A stretch of DNA of 64,000 nt from Solobacterium sp. GTDB lineage: Bacteria; Bacillota_I; Bacilli_A; Erysipelotrichales; Erysipelotrichaceae. The position numbers and the translations under genes are program-made. The notes under the pieces are model-generated. The model saw only the letters and a program-made list of their open reading frames with translations, was not told where the DNA came from and made no database searches. The DNA lies in assembly GCA_022486935.1 (NCBI GenBank), contig JAKVJO010000001.1:4820-68819 (forward strand), given 5' to 3'. Within the stretch, counting starts at the first letter, position 1. Every line of letters begins with the position of its first letter. Of this stretch, positions 49,405 through 59,672 are shown in pieces.

Positions 49405-50430
49405 ATGACTGTTGTTTCAATGAGGAAAATGCTTGAGAATGGTGTTCATTTCGGACATCAGACCCGGAAGTGGAACCCGAAGTTCCGTCCGTACATCTAC
49501 ACGTCGAAGAATGGTGTTTACATCATCGACCTCGAAAAGACTGAGGCTCAGCTCGACATCGCTTATGCAGCACTCAAGGATCTGACTGAAAAGGGTGGAA
49601 AAATCCTCTTCGTCGGCACCAAGAAGCAGGCTCAGGCAACAGTTCTGGAAGAAGCACTCCGTTCTGGAAGCTTCTATGTAAATCAGCGTTGGCTCGGTGG
49701 CACACTGACCAACTTCCGTACCATCCAGAAGAGCATCAAGAAGCTCGTTGACATCGAAGAGATGGAAACAAGCGGAACCATCAATGCCTATACCAAGAAG
49801 GAACAGGCTCAGCTTCTGAAGAAGAAGGAGCGCCTGGAGAACTTCCTCGGCGGCATCAAAGAAATGAAGAAACTCCCGGATGCAGTATTCGTTGTCGATC
49901 CGCTGGAAGAGCACAATGCAGTTGCTGAAGCACGCAAGCTTCACATCCCGGTGTTCGCACTGATCGATACCAATGCAGATCCGAATGCAGTTGATTTCCC
50001 GATTCCTTCCAATGATGATGCAATCCGTTCCATCAAGCTCATGGTTGGCGTAGTCGCTGATGCGATCGTCGAAGCCAAGGGCGGAGTTCTGGAATTTGCT
50101 CACCAGGAAGACGCAACCGCTGAAGACATCACCATGAAGGATGTTATGGTCAATGTTGAACAGCAGGCTGCTGAGTATGAGAAGAAGCGCCGTCAGAGAA
50201 TGGAAGAACGCCGTGCTCAGATGGCTCAGCGCGGAGGCTACAACAACCGCGGCAACGGCGAACGCCGTGTATTCCACCGCAACAGCGATAACAACTACCG
50301 TGGTAACCGCACTGGCGGAACAGGCACAGGTTCTTATTCCAGACCTGCAGCAGCTCCGACCGCTGCACCGGCTGCCGCTCCGGCAGCTGCAGTTGCTCCG
50401 GCAGCAGAGGCTAAGAAGGAGGCCGAGTAA
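49405..50430 (+). CDS. rpsB: 30S ribosomal protein S2 with long C-terminal extension
   Basis: [40 protein letters not shown]. Confidence 0.97.
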   Translation: MTVVSMRKMLENGVHFGHQTRKWNPKFRPYIYTSKNGVYIIDLEKTEAQLDIAYAALKDLTEKGGKILFVGTKKQAQATVLEEALRSGSFYVNQRWLGGTLTNFRTIQKSIKKLVDIEEMETSGTINAYTKKEQAQLLKKKERLENFLGGIKEMKKLPDAVFVVDPLEEHNAVAEARKLHIPVFALIDTNADPNAVDFPIPSNDDAIRSIKLMVGVVADAIVEAKGGVLEFAHQEDATAEDITMKDVMVNVEQQAAEYEKKRRQRMEERRAQMAQRGGYNNRGNGERRVFHRNSDNNYRGNRTGGTGTGSYSRPAAAPTAAPAAAPAAAVAPAAEAKKEAE

Positions 50431-50432
50431 TC

Positions 50433-51323
50433 ATGGCTATTACAGCAGCACAGGTCAAGGAACTTCGTGAGATGACCGGTGCCGGCATGATGGACTGCAA
50501 GAAAGCACTCGTTGAATGCGAGGGCGATATCAAGAAGTCCGTTGACTGGCTCCGTGAAAAAGGAATCTCCAAAGCTGCCAAGAAAGAGGGCCGCACTGCC
50601 GCTGACGGACTGTCCAAAGTCATTGTCAATGGCAACCATGCAGTCATCGTTGAAATCAACTCTGAGACAGACTTTGTTGCCAAGAATGACAAGTTCCTGG
50701 CTCTGCTTGACGAGACAGTCAATACCATCATGGCCAACCCGACGGTCAATTCCGTTGAGGCTGCACTTGCCCTCAAGGCAGGCGACGCTACATTGAATGA
50801 TGCATTCATCAATGCAGTTGCCATTATCGGTGAGAAGATCCAGCTCCGCAGATTCGAAGTCATCACCAAGAATGATGATGAAATCTTCGGTACCTATATG
50901 CACAACGGCGGCACGATTTCCGCAGTTGTAGTAGTCAAGGGCACTGACGATGCTCAGGTTGCCAAGGATATGGCCATGCAGGTCGCATCCATGAGCCCGT
51001 CCTATGTATCCCGCAATGATATGCCGCAGGATATCATCGAACATGAGCGCACCATTCAGGCCGAACTGGTCAAGAATGATGAGACACTGGCCGGCAAACC
51101 GGACAAGGTCAAGGCAGGCATCGTTGAAGGACGTCTGTCCAAGTCCCTGCAGGATATGTGCCTGGTAGACCAGATCTATTTCAAGGATCAGGACATCAAG
51201 TGCGGTGCATTCCTGAAAGAGAACCATGCTGAAGTTGTACGCTTCGTCAAGTACAAGGTCGGCGAGGGAATCGAAAAGAAGCAGGATGACTTTGCGGCAG
51301 AAGTAGCCGCAATGGCCAAGTAA
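50433..51323 (+). CDS. tsf: Elongation factor Ts
   Basis: VKELREMTGAGMMDCKKAL, NSETDFVA. Confidence 0.97.
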   Translation: MAITAAQVKELREMTGAGMMDCKKALVECEGDIKKSVDWLREKGISKAAKKEGRTAADGLSKVIVNGNHAVIVEINSETDFVAKNDKFLALLDETVNTIMANPTVNSVEAALALKAGDATLNDAFINAVAIIGEKIQLRRFEVITKNDDEIFGTYMHNGGTISAVVVVKGTDDAQVAKDMAMQVASMSPSYVSRNDMPQDIIEHERTIQAELVKNDETLAGKPDKVKAGIVEGRLSKSLQDMCLVDQIYFKDQDIKCGAFLKENHAEVVRFVKYKVGEGIEKKQDDFAAEVAAMAK

Positions 51324-51335
51324 GCAATTCCAATC

Positions 51336-51372
51336 AAAAAGCCAGCTGAAGTTTGATCTCCAGTTGGCTTTT
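51336..51372. terminator. Bidirectional terminator between tsf and ppx
   Basis: AAAAAGCCAGCTG...CAGTTGGCTTTT. Confidence 0.75.
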
Positions 51373-51380
51373 ATTGTGGT

Positions 51381-52256
51381 TCAGCGTTCCAAGAAGTCGA
51401 GATGATCAAGCAGGAATCCTTCCCGTACACCGGTATCAGATACCCGGATGATCTCGGCATCGAAGAGGTTGGCAATCTCCAGAATCATATGTACACCCGG
51501 CAGAAACAGCGGCTGACGGTCCGGATCCACCAGTTTCTCAAGGGCAGTGACTGCTTCAAAGCTATCTGCCTGCAGCTGGGTGTAGATCATCTTCAGATCA
51601 GAAGTTTTCATGAAGGTGCCGCTGTGGAAGAAATGATCCGTCAGGATACCGGCTGCCCGGCAGGTACCGCCGATACCGACCAGGGTCGGCCATACTTTGT
51701 TCAATGATTTGTGATCGCTTCTTGCCTGCAGCAGTGCATTGCGGCAATCCGGTGTATCCAGCGGCAGGTGGGACAGTCTGACACAGCCAAGCGGAATACT
51801 GATGGCATCCACAATCTCACCGTCATGGAAGGAGATTAGTTCAGTGGAACCGCCGCCCACGTCGAAGGCTGCGCCCTGCATCAGATCCGGATAGGTGATG
51901 CGGCTGCCGCGGAAGTCCAGTTCCGCTTCCTCCTGGCCAGTTAACGGGGTGACATCAAAGCCTGTTCTGCACAGGGCATTGAGGAACTCTTTCTGGTTGG
52001 AAATGTTTCTGGCGGGTTCGGTAACGAATGCCTTGCGGAAGCTGATCCGTTTCTGATCCAACTGACCGGCAAAGGTCATCAGCGTAAAGCAGGCTTTCTG
52101 GATCCCGGTCTCGCTCATTGCGCCATTCTCGATATAATCGATCAGGTGAACCGGAACGGACTGCCTGGATTTGGCTACCGGAATGCCATTGTGGATCTGA
52201 TAAACAATCAGTACCATGGTATTGGAACCGACATCTGCGACTGCATATTCTCTCAT
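51381..52256 (-). CDS. Ppx/GppA family phosphatase (short form, no HD domain)
   Basis: DVGSNT, LTGQEEA, DVGGGSTE, GVREG. Confidence 0.9.
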   Translation of the reverse strand: MREYAVADVGSNTMVLIVYQIHNGIPVAKSRQSVPVHLIDYIENGAMSETGIQKACFTLMTFAGQLDQKRISFRKAFVTEPARNISNQKEFLNALCRTGFDVTPLTGQEEAELDFRGSRITYPDLMQGAAFDVGGGSTELISFHDGEIVDAISIPLGCVRLSHLPLDTPDCRNALLQARSDHKSLNKVWPTLVGIGGTCRAAGILTDHFFHSGTFMKTSDLKMIYTQLQADSFEAVTALEKLVDPDRQPLFLPGVHMILEIANLFDAEIIRVSDTGVREGFLLDHLDFLER

Positions 52257-52357
52257 GGATGATTCATCTCCCTTTAAAAATCCTCTGCTTCTTAACAAAT
52301 CATATCAACATGACAGCCTCAATGCTATAATGAATTCAGAAAAATTGGAGGAACTTC

Positions 52358-53071
52358 ATGTATAAACGTGTTCTGTTGAAGCTGAGCGGCGAGGCTCTTT
52401 CCGGCACCGGCAAGAACTTTGACCCTGACATTCTGCATGGTCTGGCCCAGGAACTGAAAGAAGCACATGATACCGGAGTAGAGATTGCAATTGTTGTCGG
52501 CGGCGGCAACTTCATCCGCGGCAAGACGGTCGCTGAGATCGGCATTGACCGGGTGCAGGGCGATTATATGGGAATGCTGGCAACGATCATCAATGCACTG
52601 GCTATCCAGTCTGCACTGGAACAGATCGGTGTTGATACCAGAGTCCAGACATCCATTGACATGCCGAAAGTCGCTGAACCGTTTATCCAGCGCCGGGCTG
52701 TCAGACACCTTGAAAAAGGCCGGATTGTCATCTTCGGAGGCGGCACCGGAAGTCCTTACTTCTCAACTGATACCACCGCAGCACTGCGGGCATCCGAGAT
52801 CAAGGCGGATGTCATCCTGATGGCCAAGAACGGCGTAGACGGTGTCTATTCCGCAGATCCGAAGAAAGATCCGACAGCGACCAGATTCGATCATCTGACT
52901 TACATGGATCTGTTGAACAAGGGACTGCAGGTCATGGATTCAACCGCCACCAGCATGTGCATGGACAATCACATGGAACTGATGGTATTCAATATGAATG
53001 AAACAGGCAATATCGTCCGGGCAATGAAGGGCGAACAGATCGGCACCATTATCTCAAAGGAGGAGAAATAA
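52358..53071 (+). CDS. pyrH: UMP kinase
   Basis: [35 protein letters not shown]. Confidence 0.97.
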   Translation: MYKRVLLKLSGEALSGTGKNFDPDILHGLAQELKEAHDTGVEIAIVVGGGNFIRGKTVAEIGIDRVQGDYMGMLATIINALAIQSALEQIGVDTRVQTSIDMPKVAEPFIQRRAVRHLEKGRIVIFGGGTGSPYFSTDTTAALRASEIKADVILMAKNGVDGVYSADPKKDPTATRFDHLTYMDLLNKGLQVMDSTATSMCMDNHMELMVFNMNETGNIVRAMKGEQIGTIISKEEK

Positions 53072-53075
53072 TCTC

Positions 53076-53624
53076 ATGGCTTACCCAATCGTTGATTCCA
53101 GCAAAGAATTGATGGAAAAGGCAATCACACATCTGAAGGAAGAACTCAATACCATCCGTACCGGCCAGGCCAGCACCAACATGCTCGACCGTGTCGAAGT
53201 GGACTACTATGGCGCTCCGACTCCGCTGAAGCAGATCGCATCCGTATCTGTCCAGGAAGGAAGAACACTGGTGATCAAGCCGTATGATCCGTCTTCCCTC
53301 AAGGATATTGAAAAGGCATGCAACATGGCTGATCTTGGCATTGCCCCGCAGAATGACGGCACAGTCATCCGTCTCAGTGTTCCGCAGCTGACCGGCGATG
53401 TCCGTAAGGATATGACCAAGAAAGTCGGCAAGCTGGAAGAAGAAGCGAAGATCCAGATCCGCAATGTCAGAAGAGATGCCAATGCGGCAATCAAGAAGGA
53501 CAAGACCATGGATGAGGATGTCCAGAAGGATGCCGAAGCAGAGATCCAGAAACTGACGGATACCTGCGGCAAGCAGATTGAAGAGATCGCAAAGAAGAAG
53601 ACTGAAGAAGTTCTTCACGTCTGA
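53076..53624 (+). CDS. frr: Ribosome recycling factor
   Basis: IRTGQA, VDYYG, PQNDG, IRNVRRDAN. Confidence 0.96.
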   Translation: MAYPIVDSSKELMEKAITHLKEELNTIRTGQASTNMLDRVEVDYYGAPTPLKQIASVSVQEGRTLVIKPYDPSSLKDIEKACNMADLGIAPQNDGTVIRLSVPQLTGDVRKDMTKKVGKLEEEAKIQIRNVRRDANAAIKKDKTMDEDVQKDAEAEIQKLTDTCGKQIEEIAKKKTEEVLHV

Positions 53625-53644
53625 TTCAGGAGAATATCAGAGTC

Positions 53645-53672
53645 ATGAGGGTGCCCATCCGGCACCCTCATT
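53645..53672 (+). terminator. Stem-loop after frr
   Basis: ATGAGGGTGCC-CATCC-GGCACCCTCAT. Confidence 0.65.
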
Positions 53673-53687
53673 GATATAATGGAAGAC

Positions 53688-54758
53688 ATGCCAAAGCTGG
53701 AGATCAAATCACTGTCACGTTCATTTGGAACAGGTTCCTTCCATGAGGAGGGGATCTCCTTTTGTGTCGATACCGGACAGTGTCTGGCCATTGTCGGTCC
53801 TTCCGGTGCCGGCAAGACGACACTGCTGAGGTGTGTTGCAGGGCTGCTGAAACCGGACAGCGGAAGCGTTCTGCTGGATGGAACAGATATTACCGGACGG
53901 CGTCCGTCTGAGCGCGGGATGGCCATGATCTTCCAGGATGCTGCACTGTTTCCGCATATGGATGTTGCCCACAACGTGACGTATGGCCTGCACCGGCTGG
54001 GCTATTCAGCCAAAGAGACAGACCGGATGCTTGAACAAACAGCTGCACTGCTGGGACTTGAATCACTTTTGAACCGCTACCCGGCATCTTTGTCCGCTGG
54101 CGAAGCACAGCGGGTCGGCATCGGGCGGGCAATCATCCGCAGTCCCAAGATCCTTCTGCTGGATGAACCGCTGAGCAATCTTGATGCCAGGCTGCGGGAT
54201 GAACTGCGGATGGAACTGCTGAATCTGAAGCGGAAGCTGCACATGACGATGATCATGGTAACCCATGACCAGTCAGATGCCATGTTACTGGGAGATCTTG
54301 CCGGCGTCATGAACCAGGGAAAACTGATGGCGATCGGCACCCCGGAAGACCTGTACCAGCATCCCCATGATTTATTTACGGCATCCTTTCTCGGTACACC
54401 GGCAATCAATCTTTTGGATGCCAGGATGAGTGAAGATCACACGCTGAGCTTTGAAGGCTTCCGTGTGAGGATGCCTGAGATTGCATATTGCGGAAACGTG
54501 ACACTGGCAGTGCGCCCCGAACATCTCAAGATCACGGATGCCGGCATTGCGGCACTGGCGGATACGTGCCTGAGAAACGGCAGTCAGTATCTGATCCAGT
54601 TCCGGCTTCATGACGGTGCAGTGATGCGCATGCTGAAGGATACGCCCATCAACGAAGGAAGCCAGGTATATCTGAGTGCGGAGACAGAACAGATCATGCT
54701 GTTTGATCCATCGACAGGTCAGCGGATCTGTCCATGTATCAGGGCTGACGGGGCTTAA
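53688..54758 (+). CDS. Orphan ABC ATPase (MalK/MsmX-like)
   Basis: GPSGAGKTT, LSAGEAQR, DEPLSNLD, VTHDQ, AVRPEH. Start set at 53688 because the -10 overlaps ATG 53679. Confidence 0.88.
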   Translation: MPKLEIKSLSRSFGTGSFHEEGISFCVDTGQCLAIVGPSGAGKTTLLRCVAGLLKPDSGSVLLDGTDITGRRPSERGMAMIFQDAALFPHMDVAHNVTYGLHRLGYSAKETDRMLEQTAALLGLESLLNRYPASLSAGEAQRVGIGRAIIRSPKILLLDEPLSNLDARLRDELRMELLNLKRKLHMTMIMVTHDQSDAMLLGDLAGVMNQGKLMAIGTPEDLYQHPHDLFTASFLGTPAINLLDARMSEDHTLSFEGFRVRMPEIAYCGNVTLAVRPEHLKITDAGIAALADTCLRNGSQYLIQFRLHDGAVMRMLKDTPINEGSQVYLSAETEQIMLFDPSTGQRICPCIRADGA

Positions 54759-54803
54759 GTCTGACAGTCATTATGGTATAATCTCAGGGAGATTGGAGAG
54801 CCT

Positions 54804-55508
54804 ATGCAAGAATGCAGACATGTAGCAATTATCATGGATGGAAACGGCCGCTGGGCCAAAGCCAAGGGACTGCCGCGCACTGCCGGACATAAGGCAGGGG
54901 CAGACAATGTCCGTACCATTGCAATTGCCGCAAATGATCTTGGTGTCAAATATCTGACGCTTTATGCATTTTCTACGGAAAACTGGAAGCGTTCCAAGGA
55001 TGAAGTCGGCTACCTGATGAAACTGCCGGCATATCTGTTCGGACGCTATATGAAAGAGTTCCTGCAGCGGGGATACCGGATCCGCATGCTGGGTGAGCTG
55101 GATGTACTGCCGCCGGCAACCGAAAAAGTACTGCGGGACGCAGAAGAAGAATCCAAAAACAACACCGGTCTGAGCCTGAACATCTGTATGAACTACGGCT
55201 CACAGCGGGAGATTACCCTGGCTGCCAATGCCTATGCAAAGGATGTGGCAGAGGGAAAGGCGAAGCTCGGCATTGATGAAGCCGGCTTTGAACAGTATCT
55301 GATGACAAAGGACTTCCCACCGGTTGATCTGTTGATCCGGACCAGTGGGGAAGAGCGGATCTCCAACTATCTGCTCTGGCAGATTGCCTATGCTGAACTG
55401 GAATTCATTCCGGAGGCGTGGCCTGATTTCACGCCGGATGTCATGAAGCGGTGCATTGAGGAATACCATCATCGCAACCGCCGTTTTGGAGGATTGACCA
55501 ATGAATAA
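54804..55508 (+). CDS. uppS: Undecaprenyl diphosphate synthase
   Basis: IMDGNGRWA, FSTENWKR, IRTSGEERISNYLLWQ. Confidence 0.96.
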   Translation: MQECRHVAIIMDGNGRWAKAKGLPRTAGHKAGADNVRTIAIAANDLGVKYLTLYAFSTENWKRSKDEVGYLMKLPAYLFGRYMKEFLQRGYRIRMLGELDVLPPATEKVLRDAEEESKNNTGLSLNICMNYGSQREITLAANAYAKDVAEGKAKLGIDEAGFEQYLMTKDFPPVDLLIRTSGEERISNYLLWQIAYAELEFIPEAWPDFTPDVMKRCIEEYHHRNRRFGGLTNE

Positions 55509-56283
55509 GAAAATGATGATCAAGACGCTGACAGCCCTGATCCTGGTGGCCATTGTCGTGCCGCCGTTCATGCTGGGCGGCTGGCTGCTGGAAGTGCTGG
55601 TGGTAATCATCAGTGCACTGGCTGCCTATGAGATTACGGCACTGGAAGATCAGAAAGCCCACTGGTGTATGATGATGATCGTGTTCATTGCCATTGAGGC
55701 AATGGCACATCTGCCGCTGAACTACTTCCCGGTTTGCTGCGCAGTCTTTCTGATCATCCTGTTTGTCATTCACTTTGTATCAAATGACTCCATGGATGAG
55801 CTGGCCTATACCTTCCTTCTGACCATGATGATCGGTATGGCATGGCGCGGTGTCTTCAAGATCTATACTGCAGGATTCGGCGGAATGGGCATGCTGTATG
55901 TCGCATTTGCCTGCTTCCTCTGCGATACCGGTGCCTACTTCTTCGGTGTATTCCTCGGCAAACACAAGATGATTCCGCGGATCTCTCCCAATAAAACCTG
56001 GGAAGGGGCAGTCGGCGGATATTTCCTCGGACTGGTTTCATCCCTGCTGCTGGGATTATTCGTGGTAAAAGATCTGCCTGTTTCGCTCTGCATTACCGCA
56101 AGTGTGATATTGCCGGCAGTTGCGGAAATCGGCGATCTCGCATTTTCTTCCATCAAGCGCAGATTCAAGATCAAGGACTTTGGATCACTGCTGCCGGGAC
56201 ATGGCGGAGTGCTTGATCGGATTGACAGCTTCCTGTTCTGTCTTCTGGTATTCAACGGGCTGATGCTCGCCTGGGGTCTTTAA
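55501..56283 (+). CDS. cdsA: Phosphatidate cytidylyltransferase
   Basis: DTGAYF, ISPNKTWEG, IKDFGSLLPGHGGVLDRIDS. Confidence 0.95.
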   Translation: MNKKMMIKTLTALILVAIVVPPFMLGGWLLEVLVVIISALAAYEITALEDQKAHWCMMMIVFIAIEAMAHLPLNYFPVCCAVFLIILFVIHFVSNDSMDELAYTFLLTMMIGMAWRGVFKIYTAGFGGMGMLYVAFACFLCDTGAYFFGVFLGKHKMIPRISPNKTWEGAVGGYFLGLVSSLLLGLFVVKDLPVSLCITASVILPAVAEIGDLAFSSIKRRFKIKDFGSLLPGHGGVLDRIDSFLFCLLVFNGLMLAWGL

Positions 56284-56286
56284 ACA

Positions 56287-57447
56287 ATGAAGCGGATTGT
56301 ACTGCTCGGCGCTTCCGGATCGATTGGCATCCAGACACTGGATGTCATTCAGCAGCACCCGGATCGGTTTTCCCTGACTGCCTTTGGCGTCGGCAGAAAT
56401 ATTGATGCGCTGCGGAAAATATTAAAACAGTTTCCGGTTGATACCGTATCTGTCGAAGAAGAATCAGATGCCGTTTTGCTGCGCAGAGAATATCCGGGTC
56501 TGATCGTATTCAGCGGACCGGATGGACTGTGCAGTCTGGCAGACCTGGATGACTACGATGTACTGGTCAATGCACTGGTTGGCTTTGCCGGCTTCATGCC
56601 GACGATGACTGCAATCAAGGCACATCATGATATTGCCCTGGCCAACAAGGAAACACTGGTGGTCGGCGGCGTGCTGATCAAACAGGCAATCAAAGAATAC
56701 GGGGTATCCCTGTACCCGATTGATTCAGAGCACTCGGCAATCTTCCAATGCCTGCAGGGCAACAGGATGAGCCAGGTATCGCGTCTGCTGATTACCTGCA
56801 GCGGCGGTGCATTCCGCAGCAAGACCAGGGATGAACTGTCTCAGGTCACACCGGAAATGGCACTTGCCCATCCAACCTGGTCCATGGGACCCAAGATCAC
56901 GATCGACTGTGCAGATCTCATGAACAAGGGATTTGAAGTAACGGAAGCACACTGGCTGTTTGATATCCCGTATGACCGCATTCAGGTAGTCATGCACCGG
57001 GAGAGTGTGGTTCATTCCATGGTGGAATATCAGGATCATTCCATCATTGCCCAGCTGGGAGCTCCGGACATGCGTCTGCCGATCCAGTATGCACTGACCT
57101 GGCCAGAGCGTCTTCCATTGCAGGAAGATCATCCGCTGAATCTCTTAGAGATCGGAACACTGCACTTTGATGCACCGGATACCGAACGCTTCCCGCTGTT
57201 GAAACTTGCCTATGAGGCAGGGGAAAAGGGCGGCAATCTGGATGCGGTCATGAACGGCGCCAATGAAGTCGCCAATCTGGCATTCCGCAATCACGAGATT
57301 CCATTTCTGTCGATTGAACGCATTATTACCGATGCAGTCCATCAGGCACCATTCCATGAAGTGACATGTATTGAAGACCTCATTGAAGCAGACCGCTGGT
57401 CAAGAGAGTTCGCTGCTGAAGAGGTTCAGAGAGACAAGGAGAATTAA
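56287..57447 (+). CDS. dxr: 1-deoxy-D-xylulose 5-phosphate reductoisomerase
   Basis: GASGSIG, LANKE, PIDSEH, HPTWSMG, NKGFE. Confidence 0.96.
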   Translation: MKRIVLLGASGSIGIQTLDVIQQHPDRFSLTAFGVGRNIDALRKILKQFPVDTVSVEEESDAVLLRREYPGLIVFSGPDGLCSLADLDDYDVLVNALVGFAGFMPTMTAIKAHHDIALANKETLVVGGVLIKQAIKEYGVSLYPIDSEHSAIFQCLQGNRMSQVSRLLITCSGGAFRSKTRDELSQVTPEMALAHPTWSMGPKITIDCADLMNKGFEVTEAHWLFDIPYDRIQVVMHRESVVHSMVEYQDHSIIAQLGAPDMRLPIQYALTWPERLPLQEDHPLNLLEIGTLHFDAPDTERFPLLKLAYEAGEKGGNLDAVMNGANEVANLAFRNHEIPFLSIERIITDAVHQAPFHEVTCIEDLIEADRWSREFAAEEVQRDKEN

Positions 57448-58511
57448 TGCTGACGATTATTCTGTTCATATTACTGCTGACTGTGATTATCTGTATCCAT
57501 GAGTGGGGACACCTGATTGCCGCCAAGGCATTCAATGTCTACTGCTTCGAGTATTCCTTCGGCATGGGGCCTGTCATCTTCAAGCACAAGACCAAGGAAA
57601 CCCAGTACAGCATCCGCGCAGTCCCGGTAGGCGGCTTTGTGTCCATGGCAGGTGAATCTGACGGGGATGAGGCATATCCGGACGTTATTGTTCCGGAAGG
57701 AAGACGCTTGACTGATCAGAAACCATGGAAGCGGATCATCATCATGCTTGCAGGGGTATTCATGAATTTCATCCTGGCATGGGTGATTTTCTCCCTGGTA
57801 ATTTTGAACAACGGCGCATTTGCGGAATCTCCCAAGTCGGTCGTTTCCACGGTTGTTGCGGATTCTCCGGCCGAGAGGGCTGGCTTTGAGTCCGGTGACC
57901 GGATTACCAAAGTCACTTCGGCTGACGGCAACTCTTCAAGTATTGATACCTATACCGATCTCAGCATCTTCATGGCAACTTCCAAGGATCAGCAGCTGAC
58001 CTTCCAGGTAGAACGTGATGGATCTGAAATCACACTGACTGCGACACCGGAATACAACGATGAAGAACAGAGTTACTTTATCGGAATTGCCGCAGATAAT
58101 ACGAATGTCCATGCGGTCAATTTCTTCAACTGCTGGTACTACGGTGCCAAGGAAATGGGCATGATTACAAGCCTTCTCTTCTCGACGATTATCTCTCTCT
58201 TCCATGGCTTCGGTCTGGATCAGCTGAGCGGACCGGTCGGGATCTATAACGCAACAGAAACTTCCGTATCCTACGGCCTGACCAGCTATCTGTTTTTGAT
58301 CGCTGAGCTGAGCCTGAATGTCGGTATCTTCAATCTGCTGCCGTTACCGGTGTTGGATGGCGGCCAGGTAGTGATTACCCTGGGCGAATGGATCACGCAC
58401 CGGAAATTGAATGAGAAGGTTAAAATCGGCATCATGGGGGTCTGCTGGGTCCTGTTAATCGGACTGATGATCTTTGCGACCTTTAATGATATAACTAGAC
58501 TGTTCAGCTAA
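57447..58511 (+). CDS. rseP: Site-2 (M50) zinc metalloprotease with PDZ domain
   Basis: HEWGH, GGFV, NLLPLPVLDGG. Confidence 0.94.
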   Translation: MLTIILFILLLTVIICIHEWGHLIAAKAFNVYCFEYSFGMGPVIFKHKTKETQYSIRAVPVGGFVSMAGESDGDEAYPDVIVPEGRRLTDQKPWKRIIIMLAGVFMNFILAWVIFSLVILNNGAFAESPKSVVSTVVADSPAERAGFESGDRITKVTSADGNSSSIDTYTDLSIFMATSKDQQLTFQVERDGSEITLTATPEYNDEEQSYFIGIAADNTNVHAVNFFNCWYYGAKEMGMITSLLFSTIISLFHGFGLDQLSGPVGIYNATETSVSYGLTSYLFLIAELSLNVGIFNLLPLPVLDGGQVVITLGEWITHRKLNEKVKIGIMGVCWVLLIGLMIFATFNDITRLFS

Positions 58512-58526
58512 GGAGGAAATCTGAAT

Positions 58527-59540
58527 ATGGCTACGATTCTGGTTACAGGCGGTACTGGCTACATTGGTTCACATACCTGCGTTGCATTGATTCAGGCTGG
58601 CGACGATGTCGTGATTCTCGACAATCTGTACAACAGCAGTCCTAAAGTAGTTGACCGGATTGAAACGATTACCGGCAAGCGTCCGAAGTTCTACCAGACT
58701 GATATTCTGGATCAGGCAGGACTGAAAAAAGTATTTGATGAAAACAAGATTGATGCGGTGATTCACTTTGCCGGGTATAAGGCAGTCGGTGAATCTGTTG
58801 AGAAGCCGCTGGTGTATTACGAAAATAATATTGCCGGCTCTCTGAACCTGTATCAGGCCATGAAAGATCACAATGTAAAGACCATTGTCTTCTCCTCCAG
58901 TGCCTGTGTCTACGGCGCACCGAAGAGTGTTCCGATCAAGGAAGATTTCGAAACCCATACCACGAACCCGTATGGTGCTACCAAACTGATGAATGAGCAG
59001 ATCCTCGAAGATATCTGGACGGCTGATCATGACTGGTCTGTATTGCTGCTGAGATACTTCAACCCGATCGGAGCACATTCCTCCGGCCTGCTGGGCGAAG
59101 TACCGAACGGCATTCCGAACAACCTGGTCCCTTATATTGCAAGAGTTGCCAACGGCACGCTTGAATATCTGAGAGTCTGGGGCGATGACTATCCGACACC
59201 GGATGGCACAGGCGTCCGTGACTACATCCATGTCGTTGACCTGGCTGAAGGACATATCAGCGCAGTGAAGTACGCACTGGAACATCATGAAGTCCAGAAG
59301 ATCAACCTCGGCACCGGCAAGGGATACAGCGTGCTGGAAGTACTGCATGCCTATGAGAAGGCCTGTGGGAAACAGCTTGCCTATAAGATCATGCCAAGAC
59401 GGGCCGGCGATATCGCTGAATGCTACGCAGATACCAAGAAGGCAGAGCAGATGCTCGGCTGGAAGGCAAAGTACGGCATTGATGATATGTGCCAGAGTTC
59501 CTGGAACTTCACGCTCAAGAATCCAGACGGAATCAAATAA
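58527..59540 (+). CDS. galE: UDP-glucose 4-epimerase
   Basis: GGTGYIGSH, KAVGES, YGATK, LRYFNP, DGTGVRDYIHV. Confidence 0.96.
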   Translation: MATILVTGGTGYIGSHTCVALIQAGDDVVILDNLYNSSPKVVDRIETITGKRPKFYQTDILDQAGLKKVFDENKIDAVIHFAGYKAVGESVEKPLVYYENNIAGSLNLYQAMKDHNVKTIVFSSSACVYGAPKSVPIKEDFETHTTNPYGATKLMNEQILEDIWTADHDWSVLLLRYFNPIGAHSSGLLGEVPNGIPNNLVPYIARVANGTLEYLRVWGDDYPTPDGTGVRDYIHVVDLAEGHISAVKYALEHHEVQKINLGTGKGYSVLEVLHAYEKACGKQLAYKIMPRRAGDIAECYADTKKAEQMLGWKAKYGIDDMCQSSWNFTLKNPDGIK

Positions 59541-59553
59541 TCAAATCATCCTG

Positions 59554-59589
59554 AAAACGGCATTCTGATCAACTGGAATACCGTTTTTT
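59554..59589 (+). terminator. Terminator after galE
   Basis: AAAACGGCATTC...GAATACCGTTTTTT. Confidence 0.7.
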
Positions 59590-59672
59590 CTTAAGGAATC
59601 CTTCACAATTGAACGCAGTTGACAGGGTAGCGCTATGTTATAATTTTACATAGGATTTCAAACATAAAAACG

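Noticed and set aside
49417-51227. Long antisense ORFs over rpsB and tsf, and similar ones over topA, trmFO, galE and the HAD gene
   Set aside because: These are shadow ORFs from codon bias in real genes, with no RBS or recognisable motifs.
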